The notes: generated by a model from the sequence alone, not told the origin. A DNA stretch of 64,000 bases from the human T2T-CHM13v2.0 reference genome, Homo sapiens (GCF_009914755.1 NC_060938.1); one strand, 5' to 3'; shown: positions 41,041-56,819, counted from the stretch's first letter. Numbers and translations: made by a program.

Positions 41041-43505
41041 TTACCAACATCCCCTTAATAAATATGGCCACTTACAGATAAGTGCTCCATAAAGGGTGGA
41101 ACTTCACATGGTGCATAAAGAGGAGGACATCAGAGCATAATTCACTTAGAGCCATTCACTGCTCTCCTATAATGTGACTTGATCCAGGGGTAACATTTAT
41201 TGAGAGAAATAGATAGATTGCCTGTCCCTCTATGAATATTATTCCCCTAAGTGAGCTTTAGGAAAGAGTTGAGCAGCAGGGAACTCAAGGTTAATGTTTC
41301 TGTCAGGAACCTAAAAAGTAGATTGACTATGTGGTTGATTAAGACTAGAAAAAAGTATATGCATTTATTCCTACACAACAATGTTGCAGGTAGTTACCCA
41401 TTGTTCCTTGAAGGCTTTTTTTCCAATGTCCTTTACATTTTCCTAATGGTATCAACTCCACCTTTCTCCTTAGCACATTGGACTCTCCCTGTAAACAAGG
41501 TGCTTCTTCTCTGAGCTAGAGCAGATAGCCAGACAAAGATGGGACAGAGGAAAGAGATTGCTGAGCAGAGAGATGGTGTGGATGAAGGTTTAGTGGTGAA
41601 AGCAAGCAAGCCTCTATGAGGCTACGCATGACAGTCACTGGTCTAGAGCAGAATTCGAATTGGGAACCAGAGAGAAAAAAGCTGGAGATGTACGCAGAAG
41701 CCAGAGATCAGGGAGGAGCTTGTTAAAAAAGATATTGGTCAGCATCTACTTGACTAATTAGGAGCATTGATGGTCCCAGCCTCAACCTGACTCTATGTTC
41801 CCTGTGCCATTCTGATATGAATCCTGTCATTTCTTGGTATTTGACCTTGACTTCTTTTTCAAAGGCCTGGTGTTATTTTCAGTGATACTGTCTCTATCAC
41901 TTCTGGGCAAATACTTCTGACTAGGTCCTGCCTGGCACCCTCCTCCTCCAGCATTTCTGTCTCAGCAAGTGGCAACCAGCAAAACTGGCACCAGATAACA
42001 GGAGATAACTGAACATTTATCAAAACATATGAAAAAGATGTGTTACTGAAAAAGTAATGTCCAGAGTTTACTGTTCCTCTCTCTTGTGTGTATGTTTTTT
42101 TAAGTCTTCAGTGGAAATGACTGAATCTTTATTAGAATCAAACCTTAGTTATCTCCTGGAGGAGTATTCATTTTGCATGAAAGGACCAGAAGTATTCCCC
42201 GGCTTTTCATGTGTTGAATGTGTACAGCTCACTTGGAGCTGGAAGGGCACACAACTTGAGAAATCTGCCTTCTCTTTAAATATCCAGATCTAACCACAAA
42301 GAAAACATTTAAAATAAAAATAGGCACTCCCATCTTCTCCTTCCCAAACCATATACACTAAACAATCGGAGAATCGAGGGCAAAAGTAAAGCTCAGTATA
42401 AGCAAAATAGAGCTTCACACTGTGGAGGAGGAGTTGCATAAGCAAAGGGAAGAATTAGAAAATGAGACAATTTTCCATGTTCTTCTGAGTTCTCCTAATG
42501 ACTTTATGATTGTATTAGAACCATTATAAAGCCCAAAATAGCTCATAACACAAGTGCACAAAATGGAGATTCAGTCGGGTATGTTTCCTTTATATTATCC
42601 ACAATATTCCTTCCCTTAATTTCCATGGCTAATGGAGACTGGTCTAGGCTTTTATGATATTGTGCCTCTATCACTAGGGGATACTACTATAAAAGAAAAA
42701 GTTTAAAGGTGAGATTAAAAATGAGAAGCAACATAATAAACATTATCTATTCTAGAAGACTAGTAATATTCCAAAATTTGAAAGGTTTCCCAAAGATTAC
42801 AGCAACTATCAGACACAGTGCCAATGAAAACAAGCAAATTGCTATGTATTCAGGGTGTATACAAATCATGACATCCTCAGAGGAAATTACATGGAAGCCT
42901 GAATAATAACACATAAAGCTAAGAGAAATTTGAGTCTCTGACACACATATCTCCTCTCTTTATATTTCACCAAAGTTGTACTTGTGAAAAAACTTGGGAA
43001 AAAAGTAAAATGATGAATTGAAAAAAAATGATCGGCATAATTCCTGATCTAAAATACGTATTTCCCTGCAATACCTAGACAATTCAAGTAAATGGGTGGG
43101 TGGATGGGGGTTCTTTTTGGTGTAAATTACCTGCATAAATGCCTTAACACTCTACTTCAAAGTGGATAGGTAGACTAAGCCTTCATATGCATGATACAGT
43201 AAGATGATGAATTTCCTTAATTGACAATATCAGGAAAAGAAGAGTGACCTAGAAGTGTATGCCCGTCCTGTGCCATCTAGATTTCATTCCCAAGTGCTTG
43301 GCTACCCTAACTGCCTATAATGCTTCCAAGTCCTTGTCTCTCTTCCCCACTTATTCCCTTTGAATATGTATGTATAATAAGGGCTAGGACAAGAACCCTA
43401 CTCTGAACACTAAGTATCAGTTATACCTGCTGTAACCTGCTGTTCTTCATGTAGCCCCTGAGCTTGTCTACAACAACAAAGTACATCAAATTGCATTCAT
43501 ATATG

Positions 43506-43815
43506 TGTTAAAAGATAAAGTTAGACACATTCAAATATTGAAGAGTCTATTTATGAAAACAGTGATACATGAATCATACAGCACCAGACTACAAGCAGCT
43601 CTGGAAAGGATTTCACAGGGTAAATGCAGAAGCAAGGCAAAGAGTACATTCCAGCAGGAAGTTCCAGGTGAGAAGTTAGTTGGCTGTTTCTGATTGGCCT
43701 AGATAATGACCAGTTGCACTGATTTAAGTTTTGGTTTGCTTACCTAGGATCCCAGGACACTGGAACCACCTCAGTCCAATGCCTTCCCAATTAATGATCC
43801 TAAGATAAGTAACAT
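43506..43815 (-). mobile_element. ERV1 MER4-group LTR fragment (MER31/MER67-like)
   Basis: tgttaaaagataaagttagacacatt...aacagtgatacatgaatc; family from recall only. Confidence 0.45.
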
Positions 43816-43948
43816 CAGTGAATTGAAAATAAAGCAACTTTCCAGGACAACCTTATATTGTAGGAGGAAGGAAGACTAGAGAGGGGCATAAGTGGAGAGC
43901 AAGGGCTGAAATTATACCTAGAAGACCCTTGAGATGGGTCCCCTAGAT

Positions 43949-44284
43949 CAGTGGTCCCCAACCTTTTTTGGAACCAGGGACCAGTTTTGTAGAAGACAAT
44001 TTTCCCACAGACAGTAGACACAGGGGATGGTTTGAGGATGACACTTGTACCTCAGATCATCAGGCATTAGATTCCCATAAGGAACATGCAACCTACATCC
44101 TTCCCACGCACAGTTCACAATAGGGTTGGCACTCCTATAAGAACTAATGGCTCTGCTGATCTGACAGGAGGCAGAGCTAAGGACATAATGCTTGCTTGCC
44201 TGCTGCTCACCTCCTGCTGTGTGGCCTGGCTCCTAACAGGCCACAAACTGGTACTGGTCCATGGCCAGGGGTTGGGGACACCTG
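43949..44284 (+). mobile_element. MER1B hAT-Charlie
   Basis: TIRs cagtggtccccaacc / ggttggggacacctg; 8-bp TSD ccctagat / cccaagat. Confidence 0.93.
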
Positions 44285-44722
44285 CCCAAGATGGTAACCT
44301 AGAAATGACAGATATGACAGAAGACCACACTGGGCAGCCTGCCCAACACTTACCAAAACAAACTGATATAAACAGAAATAAATGAAATAGAAACTAGAAA
44401 AACAATAAAAAAGATTAATGAAACTAAGAGTTGGTTTTCTGATAAACCACACAAAATTGACAAACCCTTAGCTAAACTAAGAAAAATGAGAGAAGACTCA
44501 AATAAAGTCAGAAATGAAAGGGAGACATTACAACTGACAGCACAGAAATCCAAAGATCATAACTGCTATGAATAATTATATGCCAACAAACTGAAAAACC
44601 TAGAAGAAACTGATAAATTTTTAAAAACATATAACCTACCAAGACTGAACAATAAAGCAATTAGAAATCTGAACAGATCAATACAAATAAGGAGGTTGAA
44701 TTAGTAATTAAAAGTCTCCCAT

Positions 44723-47008
44723 AAGGGGACTTCCAGTTCCAAAATGGCAACACAGAAGCAAGCTGGCTTCACTTTTTCCCACAGAAAACAGAAAACAAAT
44801 ATGCAGTGCTGAGATGATCACCAGCAATAGTCTAGAACTCATATATGAAGATGAGACAGATCCTAGGGCCACAGGGAAGTGAAAAAACTCCAAGCAGGTG
44901 ACAGGAAAATTAATCTTCCATATCCACAACACCCCTTCCTCCATTCTGCCTAGCACCAAGCATGTGGGAAATTTTTCACCAACTCACAGTTTCTACACTA
45001 GAAAAAGTGAGATCGATGTGGACAACCAGCTTGCCCATCATCTTAAATTCCCTGGCAAGAAAACTGTCTCTGCCTTAACCCACAGGAAGATCATGAGTGT
45101 GTGAAGGGAGTAACATCCCTGAGGACAGGCAGAGGATGCAGCAGTGGGGGGAATACCACCTTCAGCCCTGAAAACTCTACTCTGTATCTCGGCCAGAGCA
45201 AATGCCAAATCAGAGTGGCTGTATGGCAGCAGCATGCTGTAGAAAGTGTGTTCCACAGGTCTGCTGAGCACCAACACCAAGACAAGGAAATGAAAAGCTG
45301 GTTTTCTGAAAAGATAAACAAAATCAACAAGTTTTAGCTAGACTAACTAAGAAAAAAGGGAAAGGAACCAAATAATTAAAATCAGAGACAAAAAAAGGAG
45401 ACATAACAACTGAGGCCTCAGAAATACAAAAGATCGTTAGAGACTATTATGAACAACTATACACTAACGAATTGGAAAACCTAGAAGAAACAGATAAATT
45501 CCTGGACATATAAAACCTGCCAAGACTGAACCATGAAGAAATACAAAATGTCATCAAATCAATAATAAGTAACAAGATTGAAATCATAATCGTCCCATCA
45601 AAGAAAAGCCCAGGATCTGATGGCTTCACTGCTGAATTCTACCACACACTTAAAGAAGAACTAATATCATTGCACTCAAATTATTCAAAAAAAATTGAAG
45701 AGGAGAAGATACTTCCAAATTCATTCTATGAGGCCTGCATTACCCTGATATCAGGGTATCCAGCACACCCTGATAACCAGACAAGAACACAACAAAAGAA
45801 AGAAAATTACATGACAATATCACTGGTAAACATCAATGCAAAAATCCTCAACAAAATACAAGCAAACCAAATTCAACAACACTTTAAAAAGATCACTCAC
45901 CACGACCCAAGTGGGATTGATTCCAGGGATGCAAGAATGGTTCAACGTATGCAAATCAATAAATGTGATGCACCACATTAACAGAATCCGGAACAGAAAC
46001 TATATGATTGTTTTACCAGAAGCCAAAAAAATTTGAAAAAATTCAACATCCCTTTCAGATCAAAACCCTCATCAACATGGGTTAGAAGGAACATACTTCA
46101 AAATAATAAAGGCCATATATGACAAACCCATAGCTAATATCATACTGAAAAGGAAAAAATTAAAGGTATTTTCTCTAAGGACTGAAACAAGACAAGGATG
46201 CCCACTTGTACCACTTTTATTCAACATAATGCTGGAAGTTCTGGCAAGAGCAATTAGGCAAGAGAAATAAAGATCATCCAAATTGGAACAGAGAAGAGTA
46301 TGGATGTTCCTCAAAAACTAAAAATAGGACTACCATATGATCCAGCAATCCCACTGCTAGGTATATACCCAAAAGAAAGGAAATCAGTATATCAGAGATA
46401 TCTGCAGTCCCATGTTTATTGTAGCATTATTCACAATAGCCAAAGTATGGAATCAACGTAAGTGCCCATCAACAGATGAATGGATAAAGAAAATGTGGCA
46501 TAAATACATAATAGAATATTATTCAGCAATTGAAAAAACTGGAATCCTGTCATTTGCAGCAACATGGATGGAACTGGGATTCATTATGTTAAGTGAAATA
46601 AGCCAAGCACAGAAAGGCAAATATTGCATGTTCTCACTCATATGTGGGAGCTAAAACAAGTGGATCTCATGAAGATAGAGAGTAGATTGGTGGTTACCAG
46701 AGGCTGAGGAGGATAGGGGATAAAGGGATGAAGAAAATTTAATGAGTGGGTACAATTACACAGTTTGATAGAAGAAATAAGACTTAGTGTTAGATAGATT
46801 AGTAGGGTAACTATAGTTTACAATCCTAAATAGCTACAAGAGAATAATTCAAATGTTTCCAGAATAAAGAAAAGTCAAATATTTAAGGTGATGGATATGC
46901 TGAGTACACTGATTTAATCTTTACAAATTATATGAATGTATTAAATTGTCACATGTACTCCCAAACTATGTACTTCTATTATGCATCAATAAATAAAATG
47001 TTTTTTAG
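44723..47008 (+). mobile_element. Inner L1MA (about MA1-3), 2.3 kb, both ends kept, two large internal deletions
   Basis: TSD aagtctcccat (44712-44722 / 47009-47019); 5' end 'ggggacttccagttccaaaatggc'; ORF2 piece ~45286-46296; 3' part 46297-47008. Confidence 0.85.
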
Positions 47009-47362
47009 AAGTCTCCCATCAAAGAAAAGCCCAGGACCAGATGGCTTCACAGTTCAATTCTACCAAACTATTAAAGAATACCAATCTTTCTCAAATTCTT
47101 TCAAGACATTGAAGAGGAGGGAATACTTTCAAACTCATTTTATGAGGCCAGCATCACTCTGATACCAAAGCCAGACAAAAACACTGCAAGAAAATAAAGC
47201 TACAAGCTAATATCCCTGATGAACATAGATGCAAAAAGCTTCAACAAAATACTAGCAAATCATATTCAGCAGTACATTAAAGAATCATCATGATCAAGTG
47301 GGATTTTTCCTGTGATACAGATTGGTTCACCATACAAATATCAATAAATGCCATTTACCATA

Positions 47363-47901
47363 TGTGATGGTTAATATTAAGTGTCAACTTGACTGGATTG
47401 AAGGATGCAAAGTATTGCTTCTGGGCATGTCTGTGAGGATGTTGCTAGAGGAGATAAACATTTGAGTCAGTAGACTAGGAGAGGCAGACCCACCCTTAAT
47501 CTGGGTGGACTCCATCCCCTGGGCTGCCAGTACAGCTAGAATAAAGCAAGCAGAAGAAGGTGGAAAGAGCAGACCTGCTGAGTCTTCCAGACTTCATCTT
47601 TCTCACATACTGGATGGTTCCTGCCCTTGAACATCAGACTCCAAGTTCTTCAGCTTTTGGACTCCTGGGCTTGAACCAGTGATTTGCCAGGGGCTCTCGG
47701 GTCTTCAGCCACAGACTGAAGGCTGCACTGTTGGCTTCCCTACTTTTGAGGTTTTAGGACTCGGACTGGCTTCCCTGCTCCTCAGCTTGCAGAAGGCCTA
47801 TTGTGGGACTTCACCTTGTGATCGTGTGAGTCAATACTCCTTAATAAACTCCCCTTCATATCCTATTAGTTCTGTCCCTCTAGAGAACCCTGACTAATAC
47901 A
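47363..47901 (+). mobile_element. MLT2A ERVL solo LTR
   Basis: tgtgatggttaatattaagtgtcaacttga ... agagaaccctgactaataca; TSD ccata / gcata. Confidence 0.93.
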
Positions 47902-49972
47902 GCATATTAATGGAATAAAGGACAAAAAACCTTAAGCTTATCTCAACAGATGCAGGAAAAAAAAATTGACAAAATTCAAAATCCTTTCATTATTAAAAAA
48001 AAAAACACTCAATAAATTAGGTTGAATGGAAGAAATTTTTCCCAATTTAATAAAGACTGAATATGACAAACCTACAGCTAACATCATACTTAACAGTGAA
48101 AAATTAAAAGCTTTTCCTCTAATATCAGGAATAAGACAAGGATGCCCACTCTCACCATTTCTCTTCAATAAAGTACCAAAAGTTCTAGCCAGAGAAGTAG
48201 GCAAAAAAAGAAATAAAAAGAGTCTAATTGGAAATAATGAAGTAAAATTGTTTGCTGATGACATGATGTTATAAATAGAAAATCCTAAAGACTTCATGAA
48301 AAAACTTTTAGAACTGATAAACGAATTCAGTAGTTTCAGCGTACAAAATCAACTTACAAAAATCAGCAGTGTTTCTCTATACTAACAACAAAGTGTCTGA
48401 AAAAAATAAGAAAACAATCTCACTTATAATAGCATCAAAAAGAATAAAACGCTTAGGAGTAAACTTAACCAAGGAAGTGAAGATCTGTATATTGAAAACT
48501 ATAAAACATTGATTAAAGAAATTGAAAATGACACAAAGAAGTGGAAAGATATTCCATGTTCATGCATTGGAAGAATTAATATTGTTAAACTGTTGATACA
48601 ACCCAAGGCAATCTACAGATTCAATGCAATCCCTATCACAATTCCAATGTTATTATTTACAGAAACAGAAAAACATAAATCCTAAAATTTGTACAGAACC
48701 ACAAAAGACCCCAGATAGATAAAACAATCTTGACCAAAAAGAATAAAGCTAGAGGCATCACACAACCAGGTTTCAAAATATATCGCAAAGCTTTAGTAAC
48801 CACAACAGCATGGTACTCACATAAAAACAGACACATCATCTAACAGAATAGTATAGAGAGCTGCGAAATAAACCTACACATCTATCATCAATTGATTTTC
48901 AACAAAGGTGCCAAGAACACACAATAAGGAAAGGATAGACTATTCAATAAATGATGCTGGGAAAACGGGATATCCAACACATACAGAAGAATTAAAATGG
49001 ACCCTTATCTCACCCCTTATACAAAAGCCAACTCAAAATGGATTAAAAGCTTAAACATAATACTTTAAACTATCATACTAGAATAAAACATAGGAGAAAA
49101 CTCAATGACATTGGTCTAAGCAGAGATTTCTTGGATGTGACCCCAAAAGTGAAAATGGACAAATGGAATTGCATCAAGCTGAAAACCTCCTGCATGGCAA
49201 AGAAAACAGTTAATAGAGTGAAGAGACAACCATGAATTTGGAGAAAATATTTGCAAATCATGAATTAGATAAGGGGCTAATATCCAAAATATGTAAGGAA
49301 CTCAAATTACTCAATAACAAGAAAACCAATAACTCTATTAAAAAATGGGCAAAAGACTTGAATAGACATTTCTCAGGAGAAAACATACAAATGGACAACT
49401 GGCAAATGAAAAAAATGCTCAAAATCTTTAATCATCAGAAAAATGCAAAATAAAGCAATGAGACATCACCTCATACTTGTTAGATTGGATATTGTCAAAA
49501 AGATGAAATATAACAAGTGTTGGCAAGAGATATAACAAGTGTTGGCAAGAATGTGGAAAAAAGAGAACCGTTACATCCTGTTGGTAGTATTGTAAATTAG
49601 CATGGCCACTTTGGAAAACAGTATGGAGTTTTCTCAAAACAACTAAAAATAGAATCATATGATCCAGCTTTCCCACTACTGAGTATGTATCCAAAGGAAC
49701 TGAAATCAGCATGTCAAAGAGATGTCTGTACTCCCATGCTCATTGCAGCATTATCACAATAGCCAAGATATGGGGAAAACTGAAGCGTTCATCAACTATG
49801 AATTGATTTTAAAATGTGGTATATATACACAATGGAATACTATTCATCCTTAACAAAGCAAGAAATTCTGTCATTTTTGACAACATGGATGAACCTTGAG
49901 GACATTATGTTAAGTAAAGTAAGCCAGGCACAGAGAGCTAAATACCATATGATCCCACTTATATGTGAGATC

Positions 49973-50576
<604 letters not shown>

Positions 50577-50717
50577 TCACCACAAAGAATTGATCAATAT
50601 TTTAGGTGATATATATGCTAATTAACCTGTTTTGGTCATCCCACAATGTATATAAATATCACATTGTACCCTATAAGTATATACAATTATCATTTGTCAA
50701 TTAAAAGTAAAACAAAA

Positions 50718-51083
<366 letters not shown>

Positions 51084-52036
51084 TCAGAAAGTTTCACTAT
51101 TATATGTGCATACTGTGAAGACACACACATACACAGAAATACATGTTATTTCATAGTCACTACTTAATGGTCAGCCCTTATGAAAGTATACAGAACACAC
51201 TTGATTGCAAGTTGATGAAATTATTTTGAAAAATATCATTTTTCTTGAGTTCTTTATAAAGAACGCAAAATGTCCTGTAAGTAACAAGGCACTCTTAAAT
51301 ATTGAAGTCTCATATTGATCAGCTCAATTGCAAACAGTGAAGGTACCAATAATGTGGTATTTTCATTGAATTTGAGATTTCTAGATAGAAGAGATAGCAT
51401 CCAAACTTTGTACAGTGATGGTAAATCTTATTGCCTGTGGCTGATAAATTATGAAATATATTTAAATGCAGTTCCTAGTCTAATACTCTAATTCTCTTCT
51501 TAAACCTTTAAAAATCCACATACTGTAGCTTCAAAGGTCATCCAGGATATATGCTGCATATACAGAGACCCATATTCACCATGAGTCACCACTGTTTATC
51601 ACTCATCCCTCATTTGTTAACTAAGTAATAAGATCCATGTATATGGGAATAAATAGCATGTATTTATGTAATTTATATTTATGATGATGTACATATTATA
51701 TTGAATTGTTTCATCATCTAAAATTCACATAAAAAAGATACTGGTCTTTCATACTCAAATATGCAGAACCAAGTGTGAATCTAATACTAAACTTCTATGA
51801 CAAGAAGTTTTTATAAACTCTCTTCACACTTACCAATTCATAATGGGAATCATATTCTAGTCATGTTAGGGGTCACCTTGTCCATTTATATTAAATTCTA
51901 ATCTGCTCTGGGCCTGTGAGCCTAGAGACCTTAGCAATAGATGAAATATTTCTCGGTAAAAAAAAAAATTCCATTTGAAAGATATTATTCTTTCTAGCAC
52001 TATGCTCATCAGTACTTTGAAAAGGGGCTATGTCCC

Positions 52037-52415
52037 TGTGGTAGTCATTAGAACTGTTCACACACATTCTGTTTTCCCTTATTTGGGGCATGTGATGGTA
52101 CTTCCCTGCCACTTTGAAGTTAGTCATAGCCCAGTGATCTCCTTGCCCAACAAAATGACTAAAAATTACATATACCCTTCTGTGTAGAAGCTTTAAGAGA
52201 AAATATTTAATTCACCAAGTTCCTTTTCTCTTGTCTCGTTAAGAACGGAAGCACATAGTGTGATAAAAGCTCCAGCTGGCTGCAGTGAATCTGTGCAATA
52301 ACTCGCAATAGACATTTAGTATATAAACATTTTCCAGAAATAAACATATAGTGGTAAAGCACTGAGAGTTGGCGGTTGTTTGTTACTTCAGCAAACTTAA
52401 CCTATCCTGACTCGA
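52037..52415 (+). mobile_element. MLT1 (I/J-like) LTR
   Basis: 'ctttgaagttag', 'agaagctttaagag' and 'aagcactgagagtt...gttgtttgttacttcagca...cctatcctgact'. Confidence 0.65.
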
Positions 52416-54175
52416 TAAAGATTCTTAGTGGTTCCAGTAATTTCTAGAAGCCCACTCACAAAGCAAGTATAAGCCATCTATTTAAGATTCTTTAAAATAA
52501 TAAATCACAGTAAAACCATAAATATGATGTTAAAAAGCTAAGTGCAGAGTGTTGTACATTAACTTCAGCAATTACTAGAGAAAGTCTCAAGCAATAATTC
52601 AAGTAATAAATCCAGATCATCACACTCTAAAAAATCCAAGTCTGATTAATGTCTGTACCCTAAATAAAGTTGAACATACTAATAAGCCAAATGGCAGATT
52701 AAGACACCTGAGGAAACCCATTAAATAGATGTATAATAATTTTTTTAATTTTTCTGTGTCTACATTCTCCCTCTATAAATTATCTCGACATGTCACTGCC
52801 ATACACATTGTTGTAAGCTATTATGTCATCTCCCTAATTCAGAAACTACAATATAATCCTATTTTTTAATCAAAACCAAACTCTTTGACACTGGCCTATA
52901 GGCCTCCTCAACTTTACATGTGTTTCCCACCACAATCCAATGTACACCCCTGCCATTCTTACCCATCCACTGCTTTCTTCACCACACACACTATATTCTT
53001 TTCAATCTGCTCTACCCATTGCCCAGTCTCTAAACTCTTGTGATTCTTCTAGTATACATGTAATCTGGCATTTGATTATAGATGATGTTTCCATTTATTA
53101 TTGTGGATATAAATATGTTATCGCTTTCTATCCCCATTAGACTGCTGGCTCCCCAAAGGAAGCAACCTGTCTTCCAATGCCTAGCAAACTACTGGATACA
53201 TTATATATACTTAGAAATGTTATGTTAATTTGATGCAACTTTTGACAACAGTAGCAACGAATGCAAAATAGCAAAGGTGCACCAAAGCAAAAAGTAGAAA
53301 ACAATGTTAAAGATTTTAAATTATTTGAAAACAACAAAATCTTGCTTATGCTTCCTTAAAAACAGAGGATTTATTTTTCAAATAAAAGCTTCCTTTTCAA
53401 AATAAAACAGCAGCTTGACTCTCACAAGAGAGGATCAATGTGTCTCCAGAAGAAAATTAAAGTATATGTGTGGATTTGCCCAAATATGAAATCCAAGGCC
53501 TTACTGGAGAAAGTGGAACTTACTGAGAGGACAAGGTATACTTCTTAAGAACTAGACAAAACATCAACTTTACTTATTAGGCAAAATGCATCCATTTTAA
53601 CTGCCAAGCCAACCTGGAGCCTGAACAGGTAGCTTCACACAATTCTAATACACAGCTCCCTAGAGGTGCAGGGACAGAGCAGCAACTCAATGAGTTGGAT
53701 CATCAAGTTCAGTAACAACCCTTGCCACAAAGACAAGTCAGTCCAAAACTCTGTTCATAATGAGCTCAGGGCAGAAATATTCTGTAGCTGGCTTTTCAGC
53801 CTCATGGTAATGACCCATGCTCTAAGGAGTTCATGTACTAAAACCACTGAGCTGCATATTCCCTTTGGTAAATGAGCCAATAAGTTTGCATTTAGAGAAA
53901 TATTGATTTTAATATCACTTACACATGATCAAAGAGATTCTGGATGGATTTTACCTTCTTATATGCCTATAGTTTTATTAAATGTTATGAAACTATCTAA
54001 AATGTATTATTACAATTAATTTGTTCAGATAATAGACCTTTCCTCTTATCTGGTTGGAACAAATCTGTATGAAGGACTAAGAGAAAAACTCTACCCTGAA
54101 GGACTTCTAAATGCGGATGTAATTGTATCCCAAATTCTATGCATGGCAATATGTTTATTCTATGGTGATACATTT

Positions 54176-54350
54176 TCTTTTCTTTTTTTTTTTTTTTTTT
54201 TATTTGAACAGAGTCTCACTCTGTTGCTCAGGCTGGAGTGCAGTACCGTGATCTCACCTCACAGCAACCTCCACCTCCCCAGTTCAAGGATTCTCCAGCC
54301 CCAGCCTCCCGAGTAGCTGGGATTACAGATGTGAGCCACTACACCCAGCC
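54176..54350 (-). mobile_element. Monomer-length Alu (internal deletion between arms)
   Basis: Right arm runs to gctgggattacag, then directly to the Alu 5' end gtgagccact...cagcc; TSD atggtgatacattt (54162-54175 / 54354-54367). Confidence 0.85.
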
Positions 54351-54378
54351 TCCATGGTGATACATTTCTAATGGATCA

Positions 54379-54729
<351 letters not shown>

Positions 54730-55739
54730 TCATCCACAGCTTCATTTTCCTCAAGAAACACTTAGTATCCCCCATTTTTCAAAGCCTTTTGTGATCAACA
54801 GCAGCAGAAGTAGAATTTTCTGTTTATCACTCCTTCTGGGCAGAATTCTCAGCGGAAGCACCATCCAGGTCCTGGATGGAAAACCAAGAGGACCTCCTAT
54901 GACGTGGCCTCCCTTATGAAGCCGCCTCTGGCAAAGACGCAAGGAAAATATCATAGGCCAAGTTCAGGACACTGCTATTTCACAAGTTCTGATTATGTCC
55001 AAGCAGCAAAAGATTTCTTTCAATATGTGCATTTACATAAAAATTGAAATGAAATTTGTGGGATTCTTATGAAATACATTAATGAAAGAAAATAGCCTTT
55101 GTTGTGATCATGTAATGTTTGAGGTAAAAATGTTTATTTAGCTGAATCATTCATGTATTTGCCTTGCTTCTCCATTTCTCTTTGTGAAGATCATTACTGC
55201 CATTCAATTTGCTTGAAATGTGCTAGGATCCTTTCAGGACAGGCAAGCATCTTGGCAAAGACGTTATTGTATCGTCAGATCACCTTGATAATATATTCGT
55301 GCAGACAAACTCATACTTCTGTTAAACAATTCTATTCCCCCTAGAGGTGCTTTATAATTCATCTATAACTTAAATATTTAGAAGACAAGATATTAATAAT
55401 AAAAAGGAACACCAAAACAAATCACAAGGCCATCTGATGATTTTCATAAAAGAAGAACATAATTTTTAAACTACCATTGTAGTGCCTAGTCCTGCAGAAC
55501 GAAGGAGAAAAACAAAGCATGGCTCAATTCAGGCAAAGCACACTCAGATATTGCATGACTTTGAGTAGATCATGGGACTGCTCTGTATATAAGTTTTTTC
55601 TTCTACTGAAAATATCTGGCCTTACTAATACACTTAATTATCATGCAAATAAAATAAACTGTCAGATACATAAATATAAATAAGTAAATATATGTAAGCA
55701 CAAATGTTTATGTAAATTAAAGTGGAAACATTTTGTATT

Positions 55740-56165
55740 TCACAATAGTTATACATGATTTGGAAATATTTATATTCTTTAACTCAATAAACACACATCT
55801 AGAAAAACCTATCCTAAGAAAATAATCAGTAGTTATCCAAAGATTATGCAAAAAAAATTTACTGAAGCACACTTTTATTTAGAAAAAGATGGAAACAACC
55901 TAAATGATTATTAAAGTTTGTAACATGCAGCTATTTAAAGTTTTCAAAGACTAGTAATGACTTGGAAAAATGACACAATGTTACATTTAACATTTTACAA
56001 ACTGTATGGTATCAATTGTTATATATGTACATAAATAATGTACAAACAAAAAAACTGGAAGAAAAGATATGAATATACTAGCCATTTTTATTTCTGGGTA
56101 ATTTTTATTTTCTTTATTATACTTTCATATTTTTACATGTTCTAAATAACCATGTATTACTTTTT
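55740..56165 (+). mobile_element. L1ME-type 3' fragment
   Basis: 'tctagaaaaacctatcctaagaaaataatc', 'ggaaacaacctaaatg' and 'aaaactggaagaaaa'. Confidence 0.6.
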
Positions 56166-56819
56166 AAATTGACAAAGAGAAGAATGTTATTTTGAAAAAA
56201 ATGTTTACCCGCAATAATAAAAGAAAATTGAAGCAAAATGAATATTGTATCATTTAAATTTGTTACAAAATAGCATACTAGGCTGTTTAGCGGGGGTGTG
56301 CCTACTCTTGTTTTGGTATGCAGTTTAAGCCCCTCTTTTAGGAAGCACCACATGACCACTACATAACCACACCAGATGAATCTCTTCCCTACTGCACACC
56401 CCAACCTCTGGTGCACCAGCACCCTGGGACCCACTGCTACATCCCTCATCATACTGCACATGGGCAGCGAAGGTCTGGCACTTCCATGTTAGCATAATGC
56501 CTTTGGCCAATATTTAGGGATAACTTAAAAAACTAGCCTATAAAACAACTCCTTCTATTTAATGTGAAGACATTTTCAAATGCAAAATATTGTTGCCTAA
56601 TTATGCACACTCCTCTCGTGAGGATCATTTGGGAGAAATTCTCTCTGGTCTCAATTTCAGGAATAGTCACACTTCTTTCCAACATGTTTGACTTGAATCG
56701 TGTGAACATTACGAATTGTTGAATCATGCTTCTCTCAACTTGTTGGCTGCTAGAAAGTTCAGCGCTCATTCTGTGATCCACCTCTGGCAAAACAAAACAA
56801 AACAAAACAAACAGCATGC

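Noticed and set aside
45590-47290. Repeated ORF2 segment (KSPGPDGF region at ~45600 and ~47020) as a local duplication
   Set aside because: Explained by one L1 nested in another (TSD aagtctcccat); the copies differ at subfamily level.
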